Source: an uncultured Methanosarcinaceae archaeon
Lineage (GTDB): Archaea; Halobacteriota; Methanosarcinia; Methanosarcinales; Methanosarcinaceae
Length of the DNA: 64,000 bases
NCBI GenBank assembly: GCA_963721455.1
Contig: CAVRJG010000039.1
Span: 1-64,000, forward strand
Reading direction: 5' to 3'
Below are positions 51,213 through 61,863 of the stretch, one piece after another (the first letter of the stretch is position 1; the number at the start of each line of letters is the position of its first letter). Position numbers and translations under genes: made by a program. Below the pieces are notes generated by a model that was given only the letters and a program-made list of their open reading frames with translations, had not been told where the DNA came from and did no database searches.

Positions 51213-53336
51213 TCAGGTATACTCTATGGTGAGTTCCGGCCTTTGGTTTTTGTTTTGCCAGTTGGAGCTGTAGAAAGCAATATAGTTATTGTCTTCCTCA
51301 CGAGCCTTTATAAGGAAACCTGTATTTTCATACTTTCCACTGATATATTCCTGCACAAGTTCCGTTACATCCAGTTCATAGTAGCGGTTGTCAGGAGTCT
51401 CATCTCCGCTGATAGTTACCGTGGCATATGGAGTGCTGCCCTGCAAGACACCGTTCTTGTCATACCAGTCTCCTCCGGCGTTTTTCCAGGGAGTATCAGC
51501 CTCCCTTTCCTCCCATGTAATATGTTCTTCGCACCATTTTATCGGCCTATATACTTCCAGTACGGTATCTTTCGGTCTCATTTGATTCTCTGGGTAGTGC
51601 CAGAAAAAAGAGAGGGCTGCTTCTTCAATCTGGTTGGTCTGATTGAGTGAACTTAGCTCAAAGAGTATGACATCCCTGTATGCGCCTCCACCTGACCTTT
51701 TTCCTACGTCGAGATACTCTCTTTCACGAAGGGTCGTATTGGGAGTTTCTTCTCTCAACCCGTTGTCAGAAACAGTCAAAGGCAAAGCAATTTTAAAGTT
51801 TTCCGCTTCATCAGACTGTATCGAAAAGCTTAATAAAAGTCTTTTCAGGGATCTTATTAATTCTGAAAAAGCCCTTTTAAGGCTTGATCCGAAGCCTTCT
51901 TCCTGGCCCATTTGGATTCCGCTTTCATTTATTTCGTAAGGCGTTTGCGGCCCAGCAGACATTGCTTCACTCCAGGAGAAATCTTCTCCCAAAGACTCAT
52001 TTTTGCTCATCTTCTCCACAAGTTCAGGACCAGCCTCGACATCTGAGGTAGAACTTGCATACATATAATTTCCGCCGGCGTTACTTGAAAGGCAATTATT
52101 TTTAAGGATGAATGAATGAGTGTTCTTCAACTTGTTGTATATAGCATATCCTTCTCCGGCTGCAGGACTGGACTGTGTCTTAATTATTATATTATTTTTC
52201 ACAATAGTTGTATATCCTGAGTCTGGAGCTAAAAATTCGTCAGTAACCTGTTTGTGGGCAATAGCAGCACCATAGCATCCGTCGAATTTATTATTCTCTA
52301 TCAAGGTATTTTGGAAGCCATTGAGCACTATACCCCCTGCCCAGTCAGCACTCGGGTTAATACCGGTTTTATATAATTTGTTGTGATGGATGTATATATC
52401 TGTTGCAGAGTCTTTGGAATATCCAGATCCGTAACCTGTAATCCAGATACCTGCTGCATTGGTTTCATACAGCAGATTATTGCAGATTTCAATATCATTC
52501 ATGACAGTTGAAGGGCCGATTTTCTGGATTTCAATTCCTGCCCCTCCTTCCCCTTCGGAGTTGATGATATTGTTATAGAATTTTACATGATTTGTGTTGT
52601 AAATTCTCAAACCGCTGTTTGTTCTGCATGTTATTTTGTTGTTCCAGGCTTCAATATTTGAAGAATAGATCGCGTAGAGGGCGTCATGCCCTAACTTATA
52701 CACTCTGTTATTGTAAAACTGAATGTTTGAACCTTTTACGACTTTAAGCCCGTCCCCATGACTGTCGTGCATGTACATATCATGGACCTGTATGTTCTCG
52801 CAATTGAGGAAATGGATCAGATTGTAATATCCCTTTCCCCTATTTTTTTCACCGTTCTTGTCATGGTTTCCGTCAATCTCAAACCCCCTTATGATAATAT
52901 CATGATTTCCGGCGCTGTCCATTTGCGTAACTATAGGTTTTTCTAGCGGCCAGCCTGCTTTATCTTCAAGTTTGATCACAGCTGTGGGATCCCCTTCCAG
53001 AACTGTATTGCTTCCAATAAAAATACTGTCCGAGATGACGTACGTATTGGGGCCTTCCAGATGAACGGTTGTGAACGTCGGATTTTCTACAATATATGCA
53101 AGAGCTTTGTTTATCTCTACCTGATCATCACTACCATCACAGTTAAAATCTCCACTCCCATTGGTAGCAACATAAACTATTGTACCAGATGGCATAGCTG
53201 AGAGGGTGAGAGTTATACTTGCGATTAGAGAAATTAAAATTATGCTGAGAATTAATATTTTCTTTCGGTTTCCCCATTTATATGTTCGCCTTTTTCCGTT
53301 CATTTTACATCCCCAATACATTAAACTATAATTCAT
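51213..53336 (-). CDS. Disaggregatase-related protein: beta-helix + one DNRLRE-type domain
   Basis: GSGDFNCDGSDDQVEINKAL, MHDSHGDG; DNGLRE...GGDWYDKNGVLQGSTPYA; likely start ATG 53303. Confidence 0.85.
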   Translation of the reverse strand: MNYSLMYWGCKMNGKRRTYKWGNRKKILILSIILISLIASITLTLSAMPSGTIVYVATNGSGDFNCDGSDDQVEINKALAYIVENPTFTTVHLEGPNTYVISDSIFIGSNTVLEGDPTAVIKLEDKAGWPLEKPIVTQMDSAGNHDIIIRGFEIDGNHDKNGEKNRGKGYYNLIHFLNCENIQVHDMYMHDSHGDGLKVVKGSNIQFYNNRVYKLGHDALYAIYSSNIEAWNNKITCRTNSGLRIYNTNHVKFYNNIINSEGEGGAGIEIQKIGPSTVMNDIEICNNLLYETNAAGIWITGYGSGYSKDSATDIYIHHNKLYKTGINPSADWAGGIVLNGFQNTLIENNKFDGCYGAAIAHKQVTDEFLAPDSGYTTIVKNNIIIKTQSSPAAGEGYAIYNKLKNTHSFILKNNCLSSNAGGNYMYASSTSDVEAGPELVEKMSKNESLGEDFSWSEAMSAGPQTPYEINESGIQMGQEEGFGSSLKRAFSELIRSLKRLLLSFSIQSDEAENFKIALPLTVSDNGLREETPNTTLREREYLDVGKRSGGGAYRDVILFELSSLNQTNQIEEAALSFFWHYPENQMRPKDTVLEVYRPIKWCEEHITWEEREADTPWKNAGGDWYDKNGVLQGSTPYATVTISGDETPDNRYYELDVTELVQEYISGKYENTGFLIKAREEDNNYIAFYSSNWQNKNQRPELTIEYT

Positions 53337-53591
53337 TAAGATTAAAAAAAGTTACCTATTGAAGACTGCAGATTGACTCCTATGGAAAATATCTGCATTC
53401 TTTCCGCTGCTTGGATCTCAAGATCATAATCCTAAAAAGAATATATTTTGCCCTTAAAAATTTATTGAAATGTACTCCCTGGAAATCCCGGCCCCTTTTA
53501 TTAGTAAATGAGTTGACTCAAAACTTGATTTAACCTTTTTAAATTGTGTGCCACATACAGGGATGTAATATTTTTTTTGTTTTTAATTTTA

Positions 53592-53709
53592 TAGGACTTA
53601 CGCATGTAAGGTACAAAATCAAGCACATTAGGCGTTGTGATTGCGTTAGTGTTTTATACAGTTGAAGGTTTAATACTATTGATTTCTCAGTTCAACCGCG
53701 TAAGTCCTA
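53592..53709. mobile_element. 118 bp MITE, TAGGACTTACGC...GCGTAAGTCCTA (copy 2)
   Basis: Same TIRs and length as 16447..16564; shared internal AAAATCAAGCAC and TTTCTCAGTTCAAC. Confidence 0.82.
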
Positions 53710-53838
53710 AAGTATTATTTGTAAGGAGCATTTCTTCTTTATATTTTATATAAATCTTTATTATATTCATAATGAAGTGCCTACAGTTGATTCATTTCAG
53801 GCTCTTAAGACCTGTCATTTTTAAGTATTGGAGTTTGG

Positions 53839-54546
53839 GTGTTAATGGCTGACTGCACTTCAGGATTTTGGGAGTGTAAACTTACCAGATTCTGGAATAT
53901 ATCAGGGGTCTATCGAATCTGCAAAAGTGAGTATAGGGGTATATTTATTATCAGGTCAAAAGCAGATTACGATTTTTACGTTAAAGCAGACAAATTTGCT
54001 TTAGGGAAAAATTATGAAAGGCCTAAATTAATTGGCGATGATATCTGGAAATTTCAGAGAATACTAAGAAAGGCTGAATATTACAATAACTGTAAGAAAT
54101 CCCCAATTTCCACGTTATATTTCAAATATATATTATTCAGATACTACCTGATGAGCGTTCACCTCGGGTTTAGTATTCCAATAAATGTCTTTGGTCCAGG
54201 GTTGTGTATCGCCCATAGAGGAACTGTTGTTATAAATAAAAACTCCCGGGTCGGAGAGAATTGTAGAATACATGCCTGTACCAATATAGGATCTAATAGA
54301 GACGATGTTTCGGCACCACAAATCGGAAATAATGTGTATATTGGGCCAGGCGCCAAAATTTTTGGAGACATTGTAATTGCTGATAATATTGCAATTGGGG
54401 CAAATTCTGTCGTAAACAAATCGTTTTATGAAACAAATATTTCAATTGCAGGAATCCCTGCTAAAAAAATAAATGCAAAAGGGTCAGGTGGAATTGTAAT
54501 CAAGGCTACGCGAATCATTAAAAGCGGTCTTGATTCTACTAAATAA
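53839..54546 (+). CDS. Hexapeptide-repeat (serine acetyltransferase-like) O-acetyltransferase
   Basis: NVFGPGLCIAHRG, APQIGNNVYIGPGAKIFG, IGANSVV, AGIPAK; true start probably near 53947. Confidence 0.85.
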   Translation: MLMADCTSGFWECKLTRFWNISGVYRICKSEYRGIFIIRSKADYDFYVKADKFALGKNYERPKLIGDDIWKFQRILRKAEYYNNCKKSPISTLYFKYILFRYYLMSVHLGFSIPINVFGPGLCIAHRGTVVINKNSRVGENCRIHACTNIGSNRDDVSAPQIGNNVYIGPGAKIFGDIVIADNIAIGANSVVNKSFYETNISIAGIPAKKINAKGSGGIVIKATRIIKSGLDSTK

Positions 54547-54630
54547 ATATTTAGCAAACGACTGTTAAAAATTGTTTGGATACTTTTGCCGGATACTCCG
54601 CTAAAGGATAATCTGAGCAAGCTTAACTCT

Positions 54631-54652
54631 AAGGAAGGGGGTTCCCTTCCTT
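54631..54652. terminator. Perfect 9 bp hairpin between convergent genes
   Basis: AAGGAAGGG-GGTT-CCCTTCCTT. Confidence 0.55.
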
Positions 54653-54678
54653 GCCGGGAAGAAGCAGGAAAGGGTAGT

Positions 54679-56292
54679 TCAGTATGTCATATTAAAGCAA
54701 AATAAGAAGAATATCCTCAGCAGTAACCTGAATATTTTCCATTCTGGTGATAATATCTGGTTCCACCACACAATGTACCCGGGCATAGTCCCTGAGATAG
54801 AAGCATATTCTGTATTTCCGTACCTTCCGATGTTAACCCTGCCTCCGTTGTCTCCAGGTTCCTTTGAATAGTCAGAGGACGGATAACCGGCATCAATGCA
54901 GGGGGAGCTTATAAGGTCCTTTACCCATGTTTTCCCGTTCCACCTTCCACCTGTTGATTTCAGGTGGTAATCATGGTTTTTCTGGTCTGCAAAGAGAGGG
55001 TCTGCGTGGATATCTGTTGTTGACCCGGCATTTCTGTAATCTCCTGCTTTATTATTGTAAAGGCAGTTATTTTCCAGCACAAATGTATGTGTTCCAGTGA
55101 GGTAATTGATAACTCCATACCCTGTCCCATTCTGATCTTTCGCACGCTGCTGAGTATTTATGATTATGTTATTGCGGACAATTGTTGTGTATCCCATATC
55201 TTTGGGTGAAAGGTCTGTGTAATAACCTGTAGGATACATATGGATAACGGCAGCATGGTATGTACCGTCAAATACATTATCCTCAACGAGGGTATTGTAA
55301 AATCCACTTGTCACTATACCTCCTACCCAGTCGATACCCGGGTTCGTACCGGTACTGTAGAAGATATTGTGGTGAATATATACGTTATGTGCCTCTTCCC
55401 TGGGGTAAGAATCACCATAGCCTAACAGCCAGATTCCAGGTCCATAGGTGTTATGGATTGTATTATTATACACCTCTATGTCGTTCATCACACCTGTTGA
55501 TTTCTGGATTTGAATGCCCGGCCCGCCTGCACTCCAGTGGTAGAAAGAGTCTATTATGTTATCATGGAATTTTACGTGGTTTGAGTTCCATATTCTAAGA
55601 GCGCTGTTAGTCCTGCATGTTATTTTGTTGTTCCAGGCCTCTATGTTCTGACAATCAATAGCATAAAAGCCATCATGCCCCAGTTTATACACTTTGTTAT
55701 TATAAAACTGAATATTAGAGCTTCTCTCTATTTTCAGCCCGTCTCCATGCCCATCGTGCATGTACATAGAGTGGACCTGTATGTTCCTGGAATTAGAGAA
55801 ATAAATCTGATTGTAATATCCCTCTCCTCTCTTTTTTTCATCGTTCTTGTTATGGTTTCCGTCAATTTCAAATCCTTTTATAGTGATATTATGGTTTCCG
55901 GCACTGTCCGTTTGCGTGATCAGAGGCTTATCCCTTGGCCAGTTCGCTCCGTTTTTAAGTTTAATTACGGCTGTGGGATCTCCTTCCAGAACTGTGTCGC
56001 TTCCAATTAAAATACTGTCCGAAATGACGTATGTATTGGGACCCTTTAGATGAACGGTTGTGAACTGAGGGTTTTCTGCAACATCTGCAAGAGCTTTGTT
56101 TATCTCTACCTGGTCATCACTTCCATCGCAGTTGAAATTTCCCCTCCCATCGGCAGCAACATACACAGTTGTGCTGGGTGATGTAGTAGAAAGGGCGGTT
56201 GTTCCCAATGCAACCAAAAAAATTAAAATTGCAAGGTAAACTCCTGTTTTTTTCCAGTTTTGCCATCTGTATCTCAGATCTTTTCCGTTCAT
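54679..56292 (-). CDS. Disaggregatase-related beta-helix protein (no DNRLRE domain)
   Basis: Close paralog of the 27122 N-terminal half (DSFYHWSAGGPGIQI, DPLFADQKNHDYHLKS); hydrophobic C-terminal tail. Confidence 0.85.
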   Translation of the reverse strand: MNGKDLRYRWQNWKKTGVYLAILIFLVALGTTALSTTSPSTTVYVAADGRGNFNCDGSDDQVEINKALADVAENPQFTTVHLKGPNTYVISDSILIGSDTVLEGDPTAVIKLKNGANWPRDKPLITQTDSAGNHNITIKGFEIDGNHNKNDEKKRGEGYYNQIYFSNSRNIQVHSMYMHDGHGDGLKIERSSNIQFYNNKVYKLGHDGFYAIDCQNIEAWNNKITCRTNSALRIWNSNHVKFHDNIIDSFYHWSAGGPGIQIQKSTGVMNDIEVYNNTIHNTYGPGIWLLGYGDSYPREEAHNVYIHHNIFYSTGTNPGIDWVGGIVTSGFYNTLVEDNVFDGTYHAAVIHMYPTGYYTDLSPKDMGYTTIVRNNIIINTQQRAKDQNGTGYGVINYLTGTHTFVLENNCLYNNKAGDYRNAGSTTDIHADPLFADQKNHDYHLKSTGGRWNGKTWVKDLISSPCIDAGYPSSDYSKEPGDNGGRVNIGRYGNTEYASISGTMPGYIVWWNQILSPEWKIFRLLLRIFFLFCFNMTY

Positions 56293-56646
56293 TTTTTATC
56301 CCTGTACTTTTAATTATAAATCTCCAAGCGTGAAAAAAGTTATCTGCAGGGAGTATTGCCAGTTGAATTTGGGGACAGATTAGCATTTCTTTTTAATTTC
56401 GTCGATTTCACGGTTGCCTTACTGAAATAGCCTTTTACTGGTTTCCATTCCCTTAGAGCGTCTGGAAAAAATAAGGACAAAATAAAGACAACACTCATTG
56501 ATTGCGGCAGTGTACAAAAAGCTTATGTGCTTAAAATTTCTTTAATTGAGTTGAGGGACACTGAAAAAGTTAGAACTGTTGAGGCTAATTACATCCTTTG
56601 ATTTTCTATGTTATAATTTCTTAATCTGATATGAAATTATGAGTTA

Positions 56647-57824
56647 CTAGTCGTGGCAATTTAATTATTTCATATAATACTTTGACATTTTCTCATCCGC
56701 ATTCTTCCTCGTAAATTTCCATTCTATTTTCTTTTGGTGTTCATTCCTTCTCTTTGTCCATGCACCCACTTCATGGGTAAGTGTCTCCGTGTCACCGATC
56801 CTTCTGTCTGTACATTCAATATCCATCACATTGATCTCTATTTCTGCGGCATTGAGCCAACTTGCATGTTTTGGCGTATAATGAAATTCTATCTTGTCCA
56901 GAATCTGTTTTGCTTCATCTTCGCTGAATGTTTCGTAGAATGACTTTTTCTTTGTGGATATTGAGATTATCCGTAACCAGTCGGAGGACTTCAGTTTCAG
57001 AATATTTTTCGGTAACGAGAATTTTCACGAATTGTGCAAAATCCTTCCTGGTTCTTCTTTTGGTTACCTGAATCACCCTTTTTCCTGCTTTGAACTCTAC
57101 CGTCATGAATATGTTTGCTGTTCCATTCCTGACATATTCATAATCATACTTTTCTGAGTTTCCAGGCTTCATGGGAATGGTCATTCTCTTATCCCTAAGC
57201 AGTTGCTTTGGTTTCTCGTCAAGACAGATGATAGGTTTTTTAGGGTCGTAATCCTCTTCGTAAAGATTAAGAATGTCGTACATCCTGTCTCTGTATTCGG
57301 AATCAATCGTCTGAATGCACCACATCCGTCTCAACCAGGGTTTAGTTTTGCTTTTTTTAGAATAAGCCTGATGCTCTCTTTGTTTATTGTTTCAAATCCT
57401 TCTTTTTTCTTCAGTTCTTCAGTAAGCAGTGTAAGCAACCACCTCTTGCTTCCATCGGGAGAACTGGTAAATGCTAGCGCAATATTTCTGCAACATGTTT
57501 TTCGGTGTATTTTTTAGGTTGACAGGGTCGTGGTTTGTCCAAAAGAGCACTTGGAAGACCTTCTTCAACGTATCTTTTCCTTATATTAAAAGTAGTATTC
57601 CTAGAAACACCTAATGTTCTCGCTATCTCTGTACCCATTTTTTGTTGGTTTGCCAGGAGTAGGATACGTGCTCTGGTTAGCTCTCTCGGCACTTTTATGC
57701 CCTTTTCTCACAAAATCCATAAGGAAATTTACCTCGTGATCTTCAAGGTTAATCGTTAGCATGAAGATGTAAAGGGATTCGGAGCTTATTAAGTCAACAA
57801 ATAATTAAATTTTCGCGACACTCG
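56647..57824 (-). mobile_element. Degenerate IS630-family element (frameshifted transposase)
   Basis: HTH part (RARILLLA), DDE part (CLDEKP, VTDNLNIH, FHYTPKHASWLNAAE) split over several frames; TIR core AATTTAATTATTT; CTAG at the left end. Confidence 0.88.
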
Positions 57825-57867
57825 TTTTTAGTAACTGAAAATTCAATAATAATTCCAGAACCCTCAG

Positions 57868-58350
57868 TCACGAGTTCAGAATCCAGATATAATAGTTAAG
57901 CAGCATAGCGAAGCTGACCCAGAGGATGTAAGGGAGTAGCAGATAAGAAGCTATTTTTGAAATCTTCCTAAACTTCAATATTGTCAGAAAGACTGCAAGC
58001 CAGAGCAAAATGATCTCAACAAAAGCGTAGTAAGGAGATTTTAGCCCAAAAAAAAGAAAAGACCACAGAGCATTAAGGCCTAATTGAATGCCGAAAATAA
58101 GCAGTCCCACTTTTATATCCTGTTGTTGCAACCCTTTTTCCCAAAAGAGATAAAGGGAGATTCCCATAAGCGTATAAAGCGTAATCCATACCGGAAAAAA
58201 GATCCAGGACGGAGGGTTGAAAGCCGGCTTTTCAAGCAAAAGATACCAGTTCTCAAGAGATGAAAAGGTAAATACTGAACCAATCGCCCCTGCAAGCTGG
58301 CAGAGCAGCACAGATGCCAGAAACTTGAAAAGATTTACTCTGTGAAACAT
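57868..58350 (-). CDS. tspO: TspO/MBR family tryptophan-rich sensory protein
   Basis: WY..LEKPAFNPPSWIFFPVW, LNALWSFLFFG, LLPYILWVSFA. Confidence 0.92.
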   Translation of the reverse strand: MFHRVNLFKFLASVLLCQLAGAIGSVFTFSSLENWYLLLEKPAFNPPSWIFFPVWITLYTLMGISLYLFWEKGLQQQDIKVGLLIFGIQLGLNALWSFLFFGLKSPYYAFVEIILLWLAVFLTILKFRKISKIASYLLLPYILWVSFAMLLNYYIWILNS

Positions 58351-58628
58351 ATCAGACCTGGAAATTATTCTGTACTCTAATCTTTATTAATATTCGGATT
58401 GAAAAAAAGCTTTAACCTCCTGCCCCTGCCTTTTACAGCTTTTTTGCAAATGCGCCCGATCAAAGGGCTAAAATTCAAATCGTATGAAAAATCTATCCCT
58501 TAAAGAATGAGCTTTATATACATGAGATTAGAAATATATTCAATGAAGTGGGGATAAAGCATACAGATATTTTTAAAGGTAATGCAATCTATCGGGACTT
58601 CAATAACATCTTATTTAAGAATTGCCTT

Positions 58629-58645
58629 GGAAAAATATATATAGT
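58629..58645 (+). promoter_or_regulatory. Putative BRE/TATA of glnA1
   Basis: GGAAAAATATATATAG about 50 nt upstream of the ATG. Confidence 0.5.
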
Positions 58646-58692
58646 ATTAAGTCGGTAGTAGGTTACCGAATGCCTAGTGAGAGTGGAATCAA

Positions 58693-60036
58693 ATGGTACA
58701 GATGAAAAAGTGTACAACCAAAGAAGATGTGATAGAGTCTGTAAATGAGAGAGACGTGAAGTTTATCCGGACCCAGTTTACGGATACACTCGGCATCATC
58801 AAAAGCTGGGCAATTCCTGTAGAACAACTGGAAGAAGCTTTTGAAAGCGGTGTAATGTTTGACGGGTCTTCGATTCAGGGCTTTACAGGAATTGAAGAGT
58901 CTGACATGAAACTCGTGCTTGACCCGTCTACTTTTAGAATTCTTCCCTGGAGACCTGCAACCGGTGCAGTAGCCAGAATTCTCGGAGATGTATATCTTCC
59001 CGACGGAGAGCCCTTCCAGGGAGACCCCAGGTATGTTCTTAAGAGCGCAATCAAAGAAGCCGAAAAAATGGGGTTCTCGATGAATGTAGGACCGGAACTG
59101 GAATTTTTTATCTTCAAACTTGACGCAAACGGAAACCCTACTACAGAACTTACTGACCATGGTGGATACTTCGATTTCGCGCCCCTTGACAGAGCCCAGG
59201 ACGTTCGCAGGGACATTGACTATGCCCTTGAAAATATGGGGTTCCACATCGAGGCTTCACATCACGAAGTCGCACCCTCCCAGCATGAAATAGATTTCAG
59301 GTTCGGTGATGTACTTAGCACGGCAGACAATGTTATAACCTTCAAATATGTTGTCAAGTCCATTGCTTACCACAAAGGATACTATGCCTCATTTATGCCA
59401 AAACCCCTCTTCGGCGTAAACGGCTCGGGAATGCACAGCAACCAGTCTCTCTTCAAGGACGGGAAGAATGCGTTCTATGACCCGAACACTCCAACCCAGC
59501 TTTCACAGGACGCAATGTACTATATTGGCGGGCTGTTAAAGCATATTAGAGAATTTGCAGCTGTTACAAACCCAGTTGTTAACTCCTATAAGAGAATTGT
59601 GCCCGGATATGAAGCTCCAGTTTATATCACATGGTCTGCAAAGAACAGGAGTTCTTTGATCAGGATTCCTGCCACCCGTGGCAACGGAACAAGGGTTGAA
59701 CTCAGGTGCCCGGATCCGGCCTGTAACCCCTATCTGGCCTTCGCCCTCATGCTAAGATCTGGACTTGATGGGATAAAGAATAAGATAGAACCAGGGGAAC
59801 CTACCAACCTGAACATTTTCCATCTTACTGAAAAAGAGCGCGAGGAAAGAGGCATTCGCTCCCTACCTGCAGACCTCAAGGAAGCAATTGATGAGATGAG
59901 AGGCAGCACATTCGTAAAGGAAGTGCTTGGGGACCATGTTTTCAGTCACTACCTCTGTGCGAAAGACATGGAATGGAATGAATACAAGGCAATGGTTCAC
60001 CCCTGGGAACTTTCTACCTACCTCCATATGCTGTAA
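58693..60036 (+). CDS. glnA: Glutamine synthetase type I-alpha (GlnA1)
   Basis: FDGSSI, GPELEFF, HHEVAPSQHE, FMPKP...NGSGMH, PGYEAP, ELRCPD; matches Methanosarcina GlnA1 as I recall it. Confidence 0.97.
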   Translation: MVQMKKCTTKEDVIESVNERDVKFIRTQFTDTLGIIKSWAIPVEQLEEAFESGVMFDGSSIQGFTGIEESDMKLVLDPSTFRILPWRPATGAVARILGDVYLPDGEPFQGDPRYVLKSAIKEAEKMGFSMNVGPELEFFIFKLDANGNPTTELTDHGGYFDFAPLDRAQDVRRDIDYALENMGFHIEASHHEVAPSQHEIDFRFGDVLSTADNVITFKYVVKSIAYHKGYYASFMPKPLFGVNGSGMHSNQSLFKDGKNAFYDPNTPTQLSQDAMYYIGGLLKHIREFAAVTNPVVNSYKRIVPGYEAPVYITWSAKNRSSLIRIPATRGNGTRVELRCPDPACNPYLAFALMLRSGLDGIKNKIEPGEPTNLNIFHLTEKEREERGIRSLPADLKEAIDEMRGSTFVKEVLGDHVFSHYLCAKDMEWNEYKAMVHPWELSTYLHML

Positions 60037-60810
60037 GCATAAGGAAATTTCCTGAAACCGGATACGCCGGAAAATCTGTTGCAGCAGATTTTAACAGGAA
60101 ATTTATTTCCGGATGCGTATATTTTCAGGCAAGTGTGTCACATCCTTCAAAAAAGTACCAATTGAATAAAGAGGAAATATCCTTACAGGCAATAAATTTC
60201 TATTAAAAATTTTTTTATTTTCGTCTGGAAAAATAAAGCCTGAAAAGAATATTGATATAAAAATGCTTTCCTATGAAACCTGCAGTTTTAATATTGTTAC
60301 TTTTTATATATAAGGAAACAGCTTGAACGCATTCCACAGGAAAATGATACTGCCGCTCTGAAGATGATAGCAGGATAAAGTATTGAAAACTCCAGTTCGG
60401 GAAAAAATCCCAGAGAAAAAAGAAAAATTAAAGGATTAAAACGCCGTGCTTCGCAACATTACTTCAAGAACTTCTAATCAGAAAAAAAGAAACATATATA
60501 TATTGTCAAATAGGTACTAAATTACTTACTTCCCTTAGTGGTGACCCTCTCAATCTATACATAAGGAATAAAACCATATGTGAGAGCGTTGCTACTTACT
60601 TACATTAATTAGATAATTTAGATGAGACAAATATAGTTAAATATCCTTTAAATTATGAAAATTCATAAAAGATTACCCCTGAAACCCAGTTTCTCAGCTG
60701 GCAAGTTTTTTGAACTATTTCTCAAAAATGAGCCGCAGAAATTACCCGAAAATTATTAACGAACATACTTTGCGTTAGGTTCATTTCTATTTATTTCTAG
60801 AGTGATCAAA

Positions 60811-61863
60811 ATGTGTGGAATAATAGGCTTTATAGACCGAACTAAGTCCAGAATGGACGGGTCGAGCATAAAAGCCGCCCTCAGTCTCATGAACGAAAGA
60901 GGCAGTGGAGACGGGGCAGGTTATGCTGCATATGGGATATATCCCGACTATGCAGATTATTATGCTCTTCATGTTTTCTTTGACAACATGACAGAATCAA
61001 AAACGAAGGTTGATGAACTTCTCCAGCAGTGGGGAAAGATCGTTCATCAAGAAGAGATCCCGACTACTCCACAGCCCGGTATAAAAAAGGTACACACCCC
61101 CTGGAGATACTTTTTCAAGCCCTCAGAGGATCTGATGGCAGGAAGAATGGCCTCTGAAAATGATGTTGTTACTTATATAGTCATGGAAGTAAACGCCAAT
61201 GTAAAAGGAGCTACTATCTTTTCCTCCGGAAAGAACATGGGAGTTTTCAAAGCTTCCGGCTGGCCCGAAGATGTGGCAAACTTCTACATGATTGAAAATT
61301 ACAAGGGATACATCTGGCTCGCCCACAACCGCTATCCTACAAATTCTCCGGGCTGGTGGGGAGGAGCTCATCCCTTCAACCTGCTTAACTGGTCAGTAGT
61401 ACATAACGGAGAAATTACCTCATATGGTACAAACCAGCGCTATGTCGAAGGATATGGATACAAATGCACCCTGTTTACTGACACCGAAGTTGTAGCCTAT
61501 CTATTTGACCTGCTCGGAAGGCAGCATGAACTTCCGCATGAAATGGTTGTCCGGGCTCTTGCTCCGCCTTTCTGGGATGACATAGACCGGATGCCTGCAA
61601 AAGAAGCAGAACTAAACAAGGCAATCCGTCTGACCTACGGGTCTGCCCTCATGAACGGGCCCTTTGCAATCGTAGTCGGAACGGATGATGGAATTGTCGG
61701 CTTTACTGACAGGATTAAACTGCGTCCCCTCGTAGTTGGTGAGAACGGGAACCGGCTCTATATCTCCAGCGAAGAAGCTGCAATAAGGACCCTTGACCCC
61801 GAAGTTAAGAATATATACACTCCCAGGGCAGGAGAACCAATTGTAGGGAGGTTTATCGAATGA
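60811..61863 (+). CDS. Glutamate synthase subunit, class II glutamine amidotransferase (GltB1-type)
   Basis: N-terminal MCGIIG (Ntn cysteine), HNRYPTNS, AHPF, HNGEI, DTEV. Confidence 0.9.
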   Translation: MCGIIGFIDRTKSRMDGSSIKAALSLMNERGSGDGAGYAAYGIYPDYADYYALHVFFDNMTESKTKVDELLQQWGKIVHQEEIPTTPQPGIKKVHTPWRYFFKPSEDLMAGRMASENDVVTYIVMEVNANVKGATIFSSGKNMGVFKASGWPEDVANFYMIENYKGYIWLAHNRYPTNSPGWWGGAHPFNLLNWSVVHNGEITSYGTNQRYVEGYGYKCTLFTDTEVVAYLFDLLGRQHELPHEMVVRALAPPFWDDIDRMPAKEAELNKAIRLTYGSALMNGPFAIVVGTDDGIVGFTDRIKLRPLVVGENGNRLYISSEEAAIRTLDPEVKNIYTPRAGEPIVGRFIE

